This document shows positions 1-10,941 of a stretch of DNA of 64,000 nucleotides, piece after piece. A program made the translations under genes and the position numbers. Numbering within the stretch: position 1 is the first letter of the stretch; each line of letters starts with the position of its first letter. Origin of the DNA: Alphaproteobacteria bacterium (lineage in GTDB: Bacteria > Pseudomonadota > Alphaproteobacteria > UBA828); contig CBDCCI010000001.1 of assembly GCA_965214705.1 (NCBI GenBank), positions 384,001 through 448,000 of the forward strand, in the 5' to 3' direction. A model generated the notes under the pieces. The model was not told where the DNA came from. It saw nothing but the letters and a program-made list of their open reading frames with translations, and did no database searches.

Positions 1-898
1 CGAAATAGAACGCCTGGATCCCAACCGAGGAGTTGACCGTGACCACACCGCGAGACGCGGCGACTTGTTCGAAAGTGTCGGTGTCATTGTCCAGCCAGAT
101 TCGGGACGTGCCGGCTGCGCGAACCGCTTCGACAACCGAGACCTGGGTCGAGGGATGTTCCTTGAGCCGCAGATGCCAGCCATCGGGCAGTGAACTGGCT
201 GCCGACGCAAGGGATGACACAAAGACATCGACGCTTCTGAACTCGCCACCAAACAACCGGACCTGGGTGTCTTTGGGAACCTGCAACGGTACGAAAAGAA
301 AAGGCTCATCCAGGGACGGCAATCCATCATCGCTGACCCGTGGCCGGGAGGCGGTGCGCTGCCGGATGTCGCTCCGCGCCGCGCGCCATGCCTTTCGATC
401 GGGTGCATGTTTGTCGGCCCATGCCAGATAGGGCTCGAGCGTTCGAGGCAACGAACAGAGCGCATTGACCCCACGCGGGTCGACCGTAATCCGCCCGGGC
501 AGCGGCGCGAGTTCGAGGTATAGCCGTTGCGCACCAGCAGCTCGCGCACCTTCCATGAAGGCCATACGCCCTCCATCGCTGGCGCCCCAAGCCACGGCGA
601 CGGCCGACCTGCGGCGCTGGAACAGCCGCCGTGCACCAGCATATTGCGCTTTGAGGTGCCACAGTTTGAGTGTTCGCATCAGCCAGCCAGACGGCTGGTT
701 TGGCGTGTTGGGCAATGCTCTTTCGGCGACTGCGCGCGCCTCTGCATACCGGCGCAGGCCTATCGGGCGCAGCAGGATCCAGCTAACCCTGCCCTCTCGA
801 CCCAGCACGTGCTCGATCGTCCGCCGCTGTGAAGGGTCGCGGCTCAAGCACAGGAACTCGAATGGCGCGGTCTTGGTCATTTTGAGATACGACGACAT
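1..898 (-). CDS. Capsular polysaccharide export/biosynthesis protein, KpsS/LipB-like (3' end runs off window)
   Basis: Manual minus-strand translation, not in the ORF track. Open from ATG 898, with motifs LYLELAPLPGRITVDPRGVN and SRGVVTVNSSVGIQAF typical of the KpsS family. Confidence 0.7.
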   Translation of the reverse strand, partial: MSSYLKMTKTAPFEFLCLSRDPSQRRTIEHVLGREGRVSWILLRPIGLRRYAEARAVAERALPNTPNQPSGWLMRTLKLWHLKAQYAGARRLFQRRRSAVAVAWGASDGGRMAFMEGARAAGAQRLYLELAPLPGRITVDPRGVNALCSLPRTLEPYLAWADKHAPDRKAWRAARSDIRQRTASRPRVSDDGLPSLDEPFLFVPLQVPKDTQVRLFGGEFRSVDVFVSSLASAASSLPDGWHLRLKEHPSTQVSVVEAVRAAGTSRIWLDNDTDTFEQVAASRGVVTVNSSVGIQAFYF

Positions 899-1115
899 AG
901 CATGAAGTCGGGGGTCGGCGGCGGCCAATAGCAAGTATGGGGGTTGGAAAACCGGCTTCACCACATCTGTGATCGCCGTGAAGCACGACGATGCGGCGCG
1001 CTCCGGCGACATAGACACGACCAACGACCGTCATCGGACTGGCCCGCATTGACCGGCCGCGGGCGCCGGTCATAGAGTGTGCACCCTTCCCGCCGCAGCA
1101 CGCCAGACGCCCCCG

Positions 1116-2315
1116 ATGAAGGCCCTCTCGGACATCGTGATGCTCGACCTGACGCATATGCTGTCGGGCCCATTCGCGGCGATGCTGCTGGCCGATCTCG
1201 GCGCCCAGACCATCAAGGTGGAGCCGCCGGGCACCGGCGAGATGACCCGTAGCCTGATGGGCGACCACCCACGCTACGCCTACAAGGGGATGGGGCCTTA
1301 CTTCCGCACGCTCAACCGCAACAAGAAGAGCGTTTGCATCGACCTGAAGCGGGCGGAAGGCCGCGCCCTCTTCCACGAGCTTGCGGCCAAGGCAGACATC
1401 GTCGTCAACAATTTTCGCGCCGGCGTGACCGAGCGCCTCGGCATCGACCACGCGACGCTCGCCGCGATCAACCCGCGCATCATCACCTGCAGCGTGACCG
1501 GCTTCGGCGAGGAGGGGCCGGACTGCGACCGCACCGCCTTCGACATGGTGGCCCAGGGCTACGGCGGCGGCATGTCGATTACTGGCGAGCCCGGCGGCCC
1601 GCCCACCCGTGCCGGCGTGCCCATGGGCGACCTCACGAGCGGGCTCTTCGGCGCGGTCGCCATGTTGGCGGCGCTGCACGCGCGCGAGCTGACCGGGCGA
1701 GGCCAGCATATCGACCTCTCCATGCAGGACTGCCAAGTCTCGCTCCTGAGCTACATCGCCGCGATGCACCTGCTCTCCGGCGATGTGCCGCGCCAGTTCG
1801 GCAACGCGCATTCGGTCTACGTGCCGTACGATACATTCCAGACCAAGGACCGATGGCTCATCATCGCGGTGGTGAAGGACGATCAATGGGCACGGCTCAG
1901 GGACGTGCTGGGGAGCCCGGCGCTCCAGGACGCGCGCTTCGACGGCTACGAGGGCCGGCGTGACCATCGGGAGGAGGTCGTCGGCGCGATCACGGAGGCG
2001 CTTGCGGCGCGCGGCTGCGACGAGTGGCTGGAGAGGCTGCGCGCGGCCCGCGTGCCTTGCGGGCCGGTCAACGACGTGGCCCACGCGCTCACCGATGTGC
2101 AGGTGCAGGCCCGCGACATGGTGGTCGAGATCGAGCACCCGGAGGGCGGCTGCTTCCGCACCACGGGCAACCCGATCAAGCTGAGCGAGACGCCGGGCGA
2201 GAGCTACGCCCCACCGCCGCTCCTCGGCCAGCATACGGACGAGGTGCTGACCGGCCTCTGCAGCAAGAGCGGCGCCGATCTCTCCCGGCTCAGGCAAGCA
2301 GGTGTGATAGCCTGA
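1116..2315 (+). CDS. CaiB/BaiF family III CoA-transferase
   Basis: DLTHMLSGPFAAMLLADLGA, NRNKKS, NFRAG and PPLLGQHT motifs. Confidence 0.93.
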   Translation: MKALSDIVMLDLTHMLSGPFAAMLLADLGAQTIKVEPPGTGEMTRSLMGDHPRYAYKGMGPYFRTLNRNKKSVCIDLKRAEGRALFHELAAKADIVVNNFRAGVTERLGIDHATLAAINPRIITCSVTGFGEEGPDCDRTAFDMVAQGYGGGMSITGEPGGPPTRAGVPMGDLTSGLFGAVAMLAALHARELTGRGQHIDLSMQDCQVSLLSYIAAMHLLSGDVPRQFGNAHSVYVPYDTFQTKDRWLIIAVVKDDQWARLRDVLGSPALQDARFDGYEGRRDHREEVVGAITEALAARGCDEWLERLRAARVPCGPVNDVAHALTDVQVQARDMVVEIEHPEGGCFRTTGNPIKLSETPGESYAPPPLLGQHTDEVLTGLCSKSGADLSRLRQAGVIA

Positions 2316-2345
2316 ACCGCTGGCACAGACGCAGGGAAACGAACG

Positions 2346-3260
2346 ATGAGTGAGGTTATCACCGTGCACGAGGTGGGGCTCCGGGACGGGCTCCAGAACC
2401 AGCCGCGCGTCGTGCCGACGGAAGGCAAGCTCCGCCTGCTGGATGCCCTGCTGGATGCGGGCCTCCAGTCCATCGAGGCCGCGAGCTTCGTCTCGCCCAA
2501 GGCAGTACCGCAGATGGCGGACGCGGCGGAGATATTTGCCAACCTGCCGCAGGATCGCCGCGCCGGCTACGAGGCGTTGGTGCCCAACGAGAAAGGCTAC
2601 GAGCGCGCGGCGGAGGCCGGCGTCACCACCGTGGCGCTGGTGCTCGCCGCCACCGACACCTTCAACCGGCGCAACATCAACATGTCTCTGGACGAGGCGA
2701 TCCGGGTCAACGAGGCGGTGATAAGGCGAGCGAAGGCGGACGGGATTCGCGCCCGCTCCTATCTCTCGGTGGTCGCCGCCTGCCCCTACGAGGGCGTGGT
2801 CCCGCCCGAGACGGTGTTCGACCTCGCCGCGCGCATGTTCGAAGCCGGTGCCGACGAGCTTGCGCTGGGCGATTCAACCGGCGCGGGCACCCCGCCGCAG
2901 ATGGCGCACCTGTTCGAGACGCTGGCCCATCGCTACGGGCCCGAGCGCCTCGCCGGCCACTTCCACGACACGCGCGCCATGGGACTCACGCTCACCTGGG
3001 TCGCCATCGAGTGCGGGATTCGCAAGTTCGACAGCTCCATCGGCGGCCTTGGCGGCTGCCCCTTCGCGCCGGGCGCCACCGGCAACCTTGCCACCGAGGA
3101 CCTGGTGTTCATGGTGACCGAGGCCGGCTTCGAGACCGGCATCGACGTGGGCAGCCTGCGCAAGGCCGTCGCCGTCGCCGAGGAGCTGACCGGCCAGGCC
3201 CTCGGCGGCCGAATCACGCCCTTCCTGGATTCAAGAGAGAAGCGCGCCCGCGCCAATTAA
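2346..3260 (+). CDS. Hydroxymethylglutaryl-CoA lyase
   Basis: [28 protein letters not shown] and [19 protein letters not shown] motifs. Confidence 0.93.
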   Translation: MSEVITVHEVGLRDGLQNQPRVVPTEGKLRLLDALLDAGLQSIEAASFVSPKAVPQMADAAEIFANLPQDRRAGYEALVPNEKGYERAAEAGVTTVALVLAATDTFNRRNINMSLDEAIRVNEAVIRRAKADGIRARSYLSVVAACPYEGVVPPETVFDLAARMFEAGADELALGDSTGAGTPPQMAHLFETLAHRYGPERLAGHFHDTRAMGLTLTWVAIECGIRKFDSSIGGLGGCPFAPGATGNLATEDLVFMVTEAGFETGIDVGSLRKAVAVAEELTGQALGGRITPFLDSREKRARAN

Positions 3261-3904
3261 TCCGTGCCGAAGAGCCGGTCGCCGGCGTCACCCAGGCCCG
3301 GCACGATATAGGCCTTCTCGTTCAGGCACTCGTCGAGGCTCGCAGCCCACACCTCGACGCTCGCGTGCTTCTCGTTGAAGGCGCGCATCCCCTCGGGCGC
3401 GGCAACCATGGCCATGAAGCGGACGTTGCTGTCGTCGATGCCGTTCCGGTTGAGCAGGTCGACCGCATAGGAGGCGGAGTAGCCGGTGGCGAGCATCGGG
3501 TCGACCAGGATGAAGAGGCGGTTCGTGTCCGCCGGGAGCCGCACGTAGTACTCCACCGGCCGGTGAGTGTTCGGGTCGCGATAGAGCCCAATGTGGCCGA
3601 GCGGCGCGGTCGGCAGCAGCTCCGCCAGTCCCTCCGCCATGCCGAGACCGGCGCGCAGGATCGGCACGATCGCGGGCTTGCGGCCGCGCAGGAAGGGTGC
3701 CTCCATCTCCGTCAGCGGCGTCTCGATGGTGCGCGAGTCCATCGGCAGGCCTCTGGTGATCTCGTAGCCGATGAGCAAGGCGATCTCGCGCAACAGATCG
3801 CGGAACAGCGGGGTCCAGGTCGTCTTGTCGCGCAGGTGGCTCAGCTTGTGCTGCACCAGCGGGTGATCGACCACATGGAGGTTGGGGAACGGATTATCGC
3901 TCAT
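3257..3904 (-). CDS. upp: Uracil phosphoribosyltransferase
   Basis: [27 protein letters not shown] and [16 protein letters not shown] motifs. Confidence 0.97.
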   Translation of the reverse strand: MSDNPFPNLHVVDHPLVQHKLSHLRDKTTWTPLFRDLLREIALLIGYEITRGLPMDSRTIETPLTEMEAPFLRGRKPAIVPILRAGLGMAEGLAELLPTAPLGHIGLYRDPNTHRPVEYYVRLPADTNRLFILVDPMLATGYSASYAVDLLNRNGIDDSNVRFMAMVAAPEGMRAFNEKHASVEVWAASLDECLNEKAYIVPGLGDAGDRLFGTD

Positions 3905-3907
3905 GGG

Positions 3908-4492
3908 CTATCGGCTCGCCTGAGGTTGCGGGTCGCTGTAGAGGGAGGGGACGATGACGGGCATCAGCAGCCGGAAGGGGATCAGTAGGACGGCCGCCAT
4001 CCCCACCTTGATGCCGAAATCGCCGAGCGCCCAGGTCACCCACGGCAGGCCCGTCAGCGCGAAGGCCGCGCTGAAGAAGATCGCGGTATCGAGCGCGGAC
4101 GCGGAGAGCGACGAGACCAGTGGCGCCCGCCACCAGAGGCCGCGCCTCAGCCGGTGGAACAGCGCGATGTCGAAGAGCTGGGCGCAGATGAAGGCGAAGC
4201 CCGAAGCCAGCGCCACGCGAACGCCTTCCCAGAGCGGAATGTCCGCCGCCACCGCGAGGATGATGGAAAGCCCCATCCCGAAGGGGAAGCCTACATAGGC
4301 CACCGTGCGCGCCCGCCCCGGCCCCCACGCCCGGTTGGTGAGATCGGTCACCAGAAAAGCCAGCGGATAGGTGAACGCGCCCCAGGTCAGCCAGTCGTTG
4401 ATCGCGTGCTGGACGGCGACGTTCGAGACCCCGATCACCGCCATCATCGCGACGATGGGGAGCAGCAGCGACAGCGGGAAGGGCGCCTTCAT
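3908..4492 (-). CDS. Queuosine precursor transporter (VUT/YhhQ family)
   Basis: Hydrophobic protein with LTWGAFTYPLAFLVTDLTNR, QLFDI and LDTAIFF motifs. Confidence 0.88.
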   Translation of the reverse strand: MKAPFPLSLLLPIVAMMAVIGVSNVAVQHAINDWLTWGAFTYPLAFLVTDLTNRAWGPGRARTVAYVGFPFGMGLSIILAVAADIPLWEGVRVALASGFAFICAQLFDIALFHRLRRGLWWRAPLVSSLSASALDTAIFFSAAFALTGLPWVTWALGDFGIKVGMAAVLLIPFRLLMPVIVPSLYSDPQPQASR

Positions 4493-4555
4493 GGCCGCGG
4501 ACTATAAGGCGCAGGCCCCACGGGACCAACGCGCGCGGGCGCAAACTGAGGGAGT

Positions 4556-4852
4556 CTATTCCGCGGCGTTGGCCGCGCGGGCATTCCTCACTTGGCGCTT
4601 GATACGCCGGGCATCCTGGGAGAGCCGGTCGTCCGAGGTCTTGAGCAGGTAGCTGTCGAGGCCGCCGTGGCGTTCCACCGTGCGGATCGCGCTGGTCGAG
4701 ACCTTAAGCCGCACCATCCGCCCCAGCGCTTCGCTGTGCAGCGCCTTGTCGTGCAGATTGGGCAGGAACCGCCGACGGGTCTTGTTGTGAGCGTGGCTCA
4801 CGTTGTTGCCGGTCAGGACGCCCTTGCCGGTCAGCTCGCAGCGGCGTGCCAT
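4556..4852 (-). CDS. rpmB: 50S ribosomal protein L28
   Basis: [33 protein letters not shown]. Confidence 0.97.
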   Translation of the reverse strand: MARRCELTGKGVLTGNNVSHAHNKTRRRFLPNLHDKALHSEALGRMVRLKVSTSAIRTVERHGGLDSYLLKTSDDRLSQDARRIKRQVRNARAANAAE

Positions 4853-4965
4853 GGTTCGCGCTCCGTGGAGGAAAGAGCGGGCTATTTAGAAGGATCGGAC
4901 GAAACCGTCAAGCATGCGTGCCCGCACGGATGACAGAGCCGGCCTTTTGCTCTAAACCGCGAGGA

Positions 4966-5880
4966 ATGAGCCGAGGAGGACAAGCCGCCCGGCGCCGCGC
5001 CGAAAAGACTCTGGCGGCCGTCAACGGGGTCATCGATGTCCGCTTGCCAGCGTGCCAGACCGCGCCGCTCATCTTCACCTCTCCCCACAGCGGCACCGAC
5101 TACGACCCCGCCTTCATCGCGAGCTCCCGGCTCGACGAGAAGAACCTGCGGCGCTCGGAGGACAGCTTCGTCGACGAGATCTTCGCCGGCGCGCCGGAGA
5201 GCGGGGCGCCGCTGCTCTGCGCGCTCTATCCGCGCGCGTACCTAGACCCCAACCGCGAGCCCTACGAGCTCGACCCGGAGATGTTCACCGAGCCGCTGCC
5301 GAGCCACGTGAAGACCCGCTCCGACCGGGTGCGCGCGGGCTTCGGCACCATCGCCAAGCTGGTGGCGTCGGGCGCCGAGATCTATGCCGGCAAGATGACC
5401 TTCGCCGAGGCCGAGCGCCGTATCGACAGGCTCTACCGACCCTATCACCGGGCGCTCGAAGGGCTGATCGAGGCGACGCTGCACGACTTCGGCGCGGCCT
5501 TCGTGCTGGATTGCCACTCGATGCCCTCGGTCGGCGGGCCGACGGACCGGGACCGCGGAACGCCCCGCCCCGACATCGTGCTGGGTGACCGCTTCGGCGC
5601 CTCCTGCGAGCCTGCGGTGGTCGAGACGGCGGAGCGCATCCTGCGTGACCTGGACTTAACGGTCAGGCGCAACGAGCCCTACGCCGGCGCCTACACCACC
5701 GCCCATTACGGCCAGCCCGGCAAGCGCGTGCACGCGCTGCAGATCGAGGTCAACCGCCGGCTCTACATGAACGAGGCCACGGTCGCGCGCTCGCGCGACC
5801 TGCCCCGGCTCAGGCGCAAGATGAACCACTTCATCGCCGCCATGGCGGAGGAGAGCCTGGCGCTGGTGGAGACCCTCTGA
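4966..5880 (+). CDS. N-formylglutamate amidohydrolase
   Basis: SPHSG, RAYLDPNR, DCHSMPS, DIVLGDRFG and HALQIEVNR motifs. Start codon uncertain. Confidence 0.9.
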   Translation: MSRGGQAARRRAEKTLAAVNGVIDVRLPACQTAPLIFTSPHSGTDYDPAFIASSRLDEKNLRRSEDSFVDEIFAGAPESGAPLLCALYPRAYLDPNREPYELDPEMFTEPLPSHVKTRSDRVRAGFGTIAKLVASGAEIYAGKMTFAEAERRIDRLYRPYHRALEGLIEATLHDFGAAFVLDCHSMPSVGGPTDRDRGTPRPDIVLGDRFGASCEPAVVETAERILRDLDLTVRRNEPYAGAYTTAHYGQPGKRVHALQIEVNRRLYMNEATVARSRDLPRLRRKMNHFIAAMAEESLALVETL

Positions 5881-5980
5881 GCATCGACGTTTGTTGAACG
5901 GGCGTCGTACCTGGAATTATGATGCCCACGACAATCCACCGGCGGCAAGGGACCGCCCACGCAATCGCAGGGAGCAGACC

Positions 5981-7228
5981 ATGAGACTGAGCCGTAGACA
6001 GTTCTTCCAGGCAGCATCCGGCGCGCTGGCCTTCGCCAGCCTGCCTCATGTTCTGCGCCGCGCCGGCATAGCAAGCGAGGACCCGATCAAGGTCGGCAAC
6101 ATCCTCGACCGCACCGGCATCCTCAACATCTACAGCCTGAAGCAGATTCAGGCGACCGCGATGGCGGTGGACGAGATCAATGCCGCTGGCGGCCTGCTGG
6201 GCCGGCCGCTGGAGCTGGTGTTCTACGATTCCCAGTCCGACGGCCAGTACAACTCGCAGTACGTCACCGAGGCGCTGGTCAAGGACAAGTGCGTGGTTGT
6301 GCACGGCGGCATCACCAGCTCCTCGCGCGAGGTGATGCGCCCCATCGTGAACCGCTTCAAGGGGCTGTTGTTCTACAACTCGCTCTATGAAGGGGGGGTC
6401 TGCGACCGCCGCCACGTCTCCACCGGCATGGTGCCGGCACAGCAGCTCGAGCCGCTGTTCGACTACGTGGTGAACGAGCTCGGCGGCAAGCGCTCCTACA
6501 TCCTGGCGGCTGACTACAACTACGGCCACATCACGTCCAAGTGGATGCAGAAGTTCACCCGGGACAACGGCGGCGAGGACCTGGCGGTCGAGTTCTTCCC
6601 GCTCGACGTGACCAACTTCCAGCCGGCGATTTCGCGCATCCAGGCGGCGAAGCCCGACGTGGTGATGTCGGCGCTGGTGGGCGGTGCCCACATCGCCTTC
6701 TACCGCCAGTTCGAGGCCTCGATCGGCAAGGACAACATGATGCTGGCGTCGGGCTCTTACGGCGTCGGCCTGGAGCACACCCAGCTCAGCCCCGAGGAGG
6801 GCAACGGCATCATCCTGGCCACCTCCTTCGTGGACGACCTCGACACGGCCGAGGCCAAGGACTTCGTGAGCCGCTTCCACGCCTACACCGGCGACACCGG
6901 CTACGTGGGCGAGTACGGCGAATACGGCGAGCGCGGCATCAAGGTCTGGGCCGAGGCGGTGCGTCAGGCGGGCGATGCCAGCTCCGATGCGGTGATCGAT
7001 GCGCTGGCGACGAGCAACGTCAGCGTGATCGGCGCCGGCGGCCAATACACGGTGGACGGGCAGACCAACCACACGACCATGGACATTCACATCGTGCGCG
7101 GCAACATGACGCAAACCTTCGACGTGATCCGCTCGTTCTCGCAGCGGCCACCGCTGGATACGCAGCAGGTCTGCGATCTCCACGCCAACCCCGACGACAA
7201 GACCCAGTACGAGGTCGAGGTCGAGTAG
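5981..7228 (+). CDS. Urea/amide ABC transporter substrate-binding protein (UrtA/AmiC-like, Tat signal)
   Basis: SRRQFF Tat motif, EINAAGGLLGRPLE, GGITSSSRE, YEGG and ADYNYG motifs. Confidence 0.88.
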   Translation: MRLSRRQFFQAASGALAFASLPHVLRRAGIASEDPIKVGNILDRTGILNIYSLKQIQATAMAVDEINAAGGLLGRPLELVFYDSQSDGQYNSQYVTEALVKDKCVVVHGGITSSSREVMRPIVNRFKGLLFYNSLYEGGVCDRRHVSTGMVPAQQLEPLFDYVVNELGGKRSYILAADYNYGHITSKWMQKFTRDNGGEDLAVEFFPLDVTNFQPAISRIQAAKPDVVMSALVGGAHIAFYRQFEASIGKDNMMLASGSYGVGLEHTQLSPEEGNGIILATSFVDDLDTAEAKDFVSRFHAYTGDTGYVGEYGEYGERGIKVWAEAVRQAGDASSDAVIDALATSNVSVIGAGGQYTVDGQTNHTTMDIHIVRGNMTQTFDVIRSFSQRPPLDTQQVCDLHANPDDKTQYEVEVE

Positions 7229-7368
7229 AGATCGGGGCGTTACGACGACAATTTCGTAGCCGGGACGCCGGGTTCGTCGGCGGCGCGGGTCGCCGCCGAC
7301 GGGCCGTCCTGCGTTCCCGGATGCGTGTTTGGCCCCGGTGCGCCCGGCCGGGGCGGCGGGGGTGACGG

Positions 7369-8229
7369 TTGGATCAGGTCGCGAACTATCTCTTCCAGAT
7401 CGGCTTTTCCTTCTCGATCTTCATCCTGATCAGCCTCGGGCTCGCGGTCATCTTCGGGATGATGCGGGTGATCAACCTGGCGCAGGGCGAGTTCCTCATG
7501 CTCGGCGCCTACTTCTGCACGCTCTGCAGCCACGCCGGGATCAACCTGTGGCTCTCGTTCATCCTGTCGGCGCTCGCCGTCGGGGTCTTCGGCATCATCG
7601 TCGAGCGGTTCATAATCCGCTGGCTCTACGGCCGCATCATCGACACGCTGCTCGCCACCTGGGGGCTGAGCCTGCTTCTGGTGGGCGGCGTTACCACCAT
7701 CTTCGGGCCGCAGACCGAGAGCGTCGCCGCACCGCTCGGCAACGTGCAGGTGGGTGCCTTCGGCTTTCCTATCTACGGTCTGGTGATGATGGCGATTGCC
7801 GTGGCGTTGCTGGGCGCGGTCTACGCCTTCTGGCGCTTCACCCGCTACGGGCTGATCGTGCGCGGCACCATGCAGAACCCGACGATCTCGGCCGCGTTAG
7901 GGGTTAACCGCAGCCTTGTCTACATGCTGACCTTCGCCTTTGGCTCTGCGCTCACCGGGCTTGCCGGCGCGGTGCTGGCGCCCATCGTCGGCGCCTATCC
8001 CACGCTCGGCATCGTCTACGTCGCCAAGGCCTTCATCACGGTCATCACCGGCGGGCACCTGCCACTGATCGGCACGGTGAGTGCCTCTGGCCTCTTCAGC
8101 ACCATCGACGGCATCGTCGCCACGATCTCGAGCTCGGTGATCGGCGAGATGACGGTGCTGTTCGTGGCCATCATCCTGCTCAGGCTGCTGCCGCTCGGAA
8201 TTACCGGGCGTATGACGCGCGGGGTCTGA
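7369..8229 (+). CDS. ABC permease (UrtB/LivH-like)
   Basis: TTG start. LGLAVIFGMMRVINLAQGEF and LLATWG motifs. Confidence 0.9.
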   Translation: MDQVANYLFQIGFSFSIFILISLGLAVIFGMMRVINLAQGEFLMLGAYFCTLCSHAGINLWLSFILSALAVGVFGIIVERFIIRWLYGRIIDTLLATWGLSLLLVGGVTTIFGPQTESVAAPLGNVQVGAFGFPIYGLVMMAIAVALLGAVYAFWRFTRYGLIVRGTMQNPTISAALGVNRSLVYMLTFAFGSALTGLAGAVLAPIVGAYPTLGIVYVAKAFITVITGGHLPLIGTVSASGLFSTIDGIVATISSSVIGEMTVLFVAIILLRLLPLGITGRMTRGV

Positions 8230-8232
8230 GCG

Positions 8233-9342
8233 ATGATCCACGGCGTCGCCCTGATGCAGCACTCGAGCGAGCGCCCCAAATGGTGGTGGTGGGTCTTTGT
8301 CGCCGCGCTCGCCGCCTTCTTCATCACCATGCCTTTCCACCTGGAGATCTTCGTCATCCTGGAGATGTCGCGCTTCTTCGGGATGGCCATGCTCGCGCTC
8401 AGCATGGGCTTCCTCTGGGGCTTCAGCGGAATCCTGAGCTTCGGGCAGACCGCGTTCTTCGGGCTCGGCGGTTACGGCTTCACCGTGCTCGCGCTCAATA
8501 CCGGCGAGACCACGGGCTCGGTCTTCTTCGCCGTCGTCCTCGGTGCAGCCGGCGCCGGCATCCTCGGCTACTTCATGATCTACGGCCGCATCAGCGAGAT
8601 CTACCTGAGCGTCATCACACTGGTCTTCACACTGATATTGGAGAAGGGCATCCGCGCCACCTCGGGCGACCAGTACGTCATCGGCAAGGTGCGGCTGAAC
8701 GGGCAGAACGGCATCCCCACCGTGCCGCAGCTGGACGTGCCGTGGAACCCGAGCGTGCAGCTCGACATCAACTGGTTCTTCTGGGTCGGCGCCGTGCTCA
8801 TGATCCTGGTCTACATCGGGCTCCGGCTGATCCTCACCACGCCCTTCGGCCGGGTGCTGGTGGGCATCCGTGAGAACGAGCGCAGGACCGAGCTGCTGGG
8901 CTATGACACGCGGCGCTACAAGCTCGCGGCCTTCATGCTGGCGGGCGGCGTGGCCGGCCTCGGCGGGGCGCTCTACGCCATCTCGATCCCGCTGGCGCAC
9001 CCGGAGATGTTCAGCCTGGGCCGCGCGGCGGACGTCATCATGTGGGTGCTGGTGGGCGGCAAGGGCACCTTGATCGGCCCGATCGCCGGCGTCTTCGCCA
9101 TCGAGCACTTCAAGGGCTGGCTCGGCACCCAGGGCGTGGGCCAGGTGACGCTGGTGCTAGGCGCGGTGCTGATCCTCTTCGTCCTCGTCTTTCACAAGGG
9201 CCTGCTGCCGAGCATCGGCTCCCTGCCGGGCCGCTGGCTGGACCGGGCTGCGATCCGCGAGCAGCTGTCCGAGTTCGTGCAGCACCTCACGTGGCGCTCG
9301 GGCCCGCCGCGCCGGCGACGGCGCCAGGGAGGGCGGTCGTGA
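8233..9342 (+). CDS. ABC permease (UrtC/LivM-like)
   Basis: LWGFSGILSFGQTAFFGLGGY and GIRENERRTELLGY motifs. Confidence 0.9.
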   Translation: MIHGVALMQHSSERPKWWWWVFVAALAAFFITMPFHLEIFVILEMSRFFGMAMLALSMGFLWGFSGILSFGQTAFFGLGGYGFTVLALNTGETTGSVFFAVVLGAAGAGILGYFMIYGRISEIYLSVITLVFTLILEKGIRATSGDQYVIGKVRLNGQNGIPTVPQLDVPWNPSVQLDINWFFWVGAVLMILVYIGLRLILTTPFGRVLVGIRENERRTELLGYDTRRYKLAAFMLAGGVAGLGGALYAISIPLAHPEMFSLGRAADVIMWVLVGGKGTLIGPIAGVFAIEHFKGWLGTQGVGQVTLVLGAVLILFVLVFHKGLLPSIGSLPGRWLDRAAIREQLSEFVQHLTWRSGPPRRRRRQGGRS

Positions 9343-10079
9343 GCGAGGCGGTGCGCGAGGACGCGGTGATCCTGGAGACCCGGGCGCTGGAGAAGCGCTT
9401 CGGCGGGGTGAGCGCCATCGCCGGGGTCGACTTCGCGCTCCGACGGGGCGAGCTGCGCTGCCTGATCGGGCCGAACGGCGCCGGCAAGAGCACCTTCTTC
9501 AAGATGCTCACCGCCCAGATCAGGCCGTCCAGCGGTCAGGTCCTGTTCGACGGCCGCGACATCAGCCGCGCGCACCCGCACGAAATCTCGCGCCTCGGCA
9601 TCGGCATCAAGAACCAGGTGCCGGACGTCTACGACGGCATCACCGTGGACGAGAACCTGTGGCTGGCGGCGCATCCGCGCCACGGCACCAGGGCCGCGCG
9701 CGCCAAGGTGGACGAGATCCTGGACAGGCTGGAGCTTCGCGATATCCGCTGGCAACTGCTCGGCGCGCTCGCCCACGGCCAGCGCCAGTGGGTCGAGTTC
9801 GGCATGGTCATGGCGCTGGAGCCCAAGATCATCCTGCTCGACGAGCCCACCGCCGGCATGAGCATCGAAGAGACCAACCGCACGGCGGCGCTGATCCGCG
9901 AGGTGAACCGGACTACGACCATCGTCGTGGTCGAGCACGACATGCAGTTCATCCGCCAGATCGCCGATGTCGTCACCGTGTTCCACCAGGGCCGCATCCT
10001 GGCCGAGGACACCATGGCGCGCATCCAGGCCAACCAGGCCGTGCGGGAGGTCTATCTGGGGACGTCGGGCCTTGCTTGA
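9339..10079 (+). CDS. ABC ATP-binding protein (UrtD/LivG-like)
   Basis: GPNGAGKST, LAHGQRQW and LLDEPTAG motifs. GTG start overlaps the previous stop. Confidence 0.9.
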   Translation: MSEAVREDAVILETRALEKRFGGVSAIAGVDFALRRGELRCLIGPNGAGKSTFFKMLTAQIRPSSGQVLFDGRDISRAHPHEISRLGIGIKNQVPDVYDGITVDENLWLAAHPRHGTRAARAKVDEILDRLELRDIRWQLLGALAHGQRQWVEFGMVMALEPKIILLDEPTAGMSIEETNRTAALIREVNRTTTIVVVEHDMQFIRQIADVVTVFHQGRILAEDTMARIQANQAVREVYLGTSGLA

Positions 10080-10764
10080 GGTGGAGGGCCTGGGAGCCGG
10101 CTACGGCCGCATCCCGATCCTGAACGGAATCGATTTTTCCATCGCGCGCGGCGAGATCGTGGGCGTGCTCGGCCACAACGGCATGGGCAAGACCACGCTG
10201 CTGCGCACGCTGATGGGGGAGATCAGGGCCACCGGCGGCAGCATCGTGTTCGAGGACGAGGACATCACCCGGGTCGCCATGCACCGCCGCGCCCGGCTCG
10301 GCATCGGCTACGTGCCGCAGGGGCGGGACATCTATCCGCAGCTGAGCGTGATGGACAACCTGCGCATGGGCGAAATCGTGCGCCGGGGCCAAAGCGCGGT
10401 GCCGGAGCTGCTGGACTACTTCCCGGTGCTGGAAGCGCTGCTGGAGCGGCCGGGGCGGGCGCTCTCGGGCGGCGAGCAGCAAATTCTGGCGCTCGCCCGC
10501 TGCCTCGCCGGCCGACCGCGCCTGCTTCTGCTGGACGAGCCCACCGAGGGCATCCAGCCCTCCATCGTTGATCAGATCCAGGCGAAGCTCGCCGAGCTTG
10601 CCGCCGCCCTTGACCTCACGGTGCTCCTGGTCGAGCAGAACCTGCGCTTCATCCAGGCGCTGGCGGAGCGGGTGCTGATCATGCAGAAGGGCACCATCGT
10701 GGCGACCATCACGCCCGACCAACTCTCCGACCACGCAATCGTAGACGAGTACCTGGGTATCTGA
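10072..10764 (+). CDS. ABC ATP-binding protein (UrtE/LivF-like)
   Basis: GHNGMGKTT, LSGGEQQ and LDEPTEGIQPS motifs. Confidence 0.9.
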   Translation: MLEVEGLGAGYGRIPILNGIDFSIARGEIVGVLGHNGMGKTTLLRTLMGEIRATGGSIVFEDEDITRVAMHRRARLGIGYVPQGRDIYPQLSVMDNLRMGEIVRRGQSAVPELLDYFPVLEALLERPGRALSGGEQQILALARCLAGRPRLLLLDEPTEGIQPSIVDQIQAKLAELAAALDLTVLLVEQNLRFIQALAERVLIMQKGTIVATITPDQLSDHAIVDEYLGI

Positions 10765-10810
10765 CGGCGGGACACCTTTGACCCCGGACCATGGTGCGGT
10801 GTCGAATTAG

Positions 10811-10941
10811 GTACGACGGGGGTACGCTGGATTACATTTCATGGCGTAATATCAGTCGATTGACATATTATCAGTGCGATGCGCATAGTCTAGAATACGC
10901 GCCTGTTCGCTTCCGTCAGGTACCTATTGGGTACCCCGTAC
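10811..10941 (+). promoter_or_regulatory. Putative integrase att arm region with IHF-like site
   Basis: GGGTACGCTGGA at 10820-10831 is shared with 55744-55755. TATCAGTCGATTG at 10850-10862 fits the IHF consensus WATCARNNNNTTR. Confidence 0.5.
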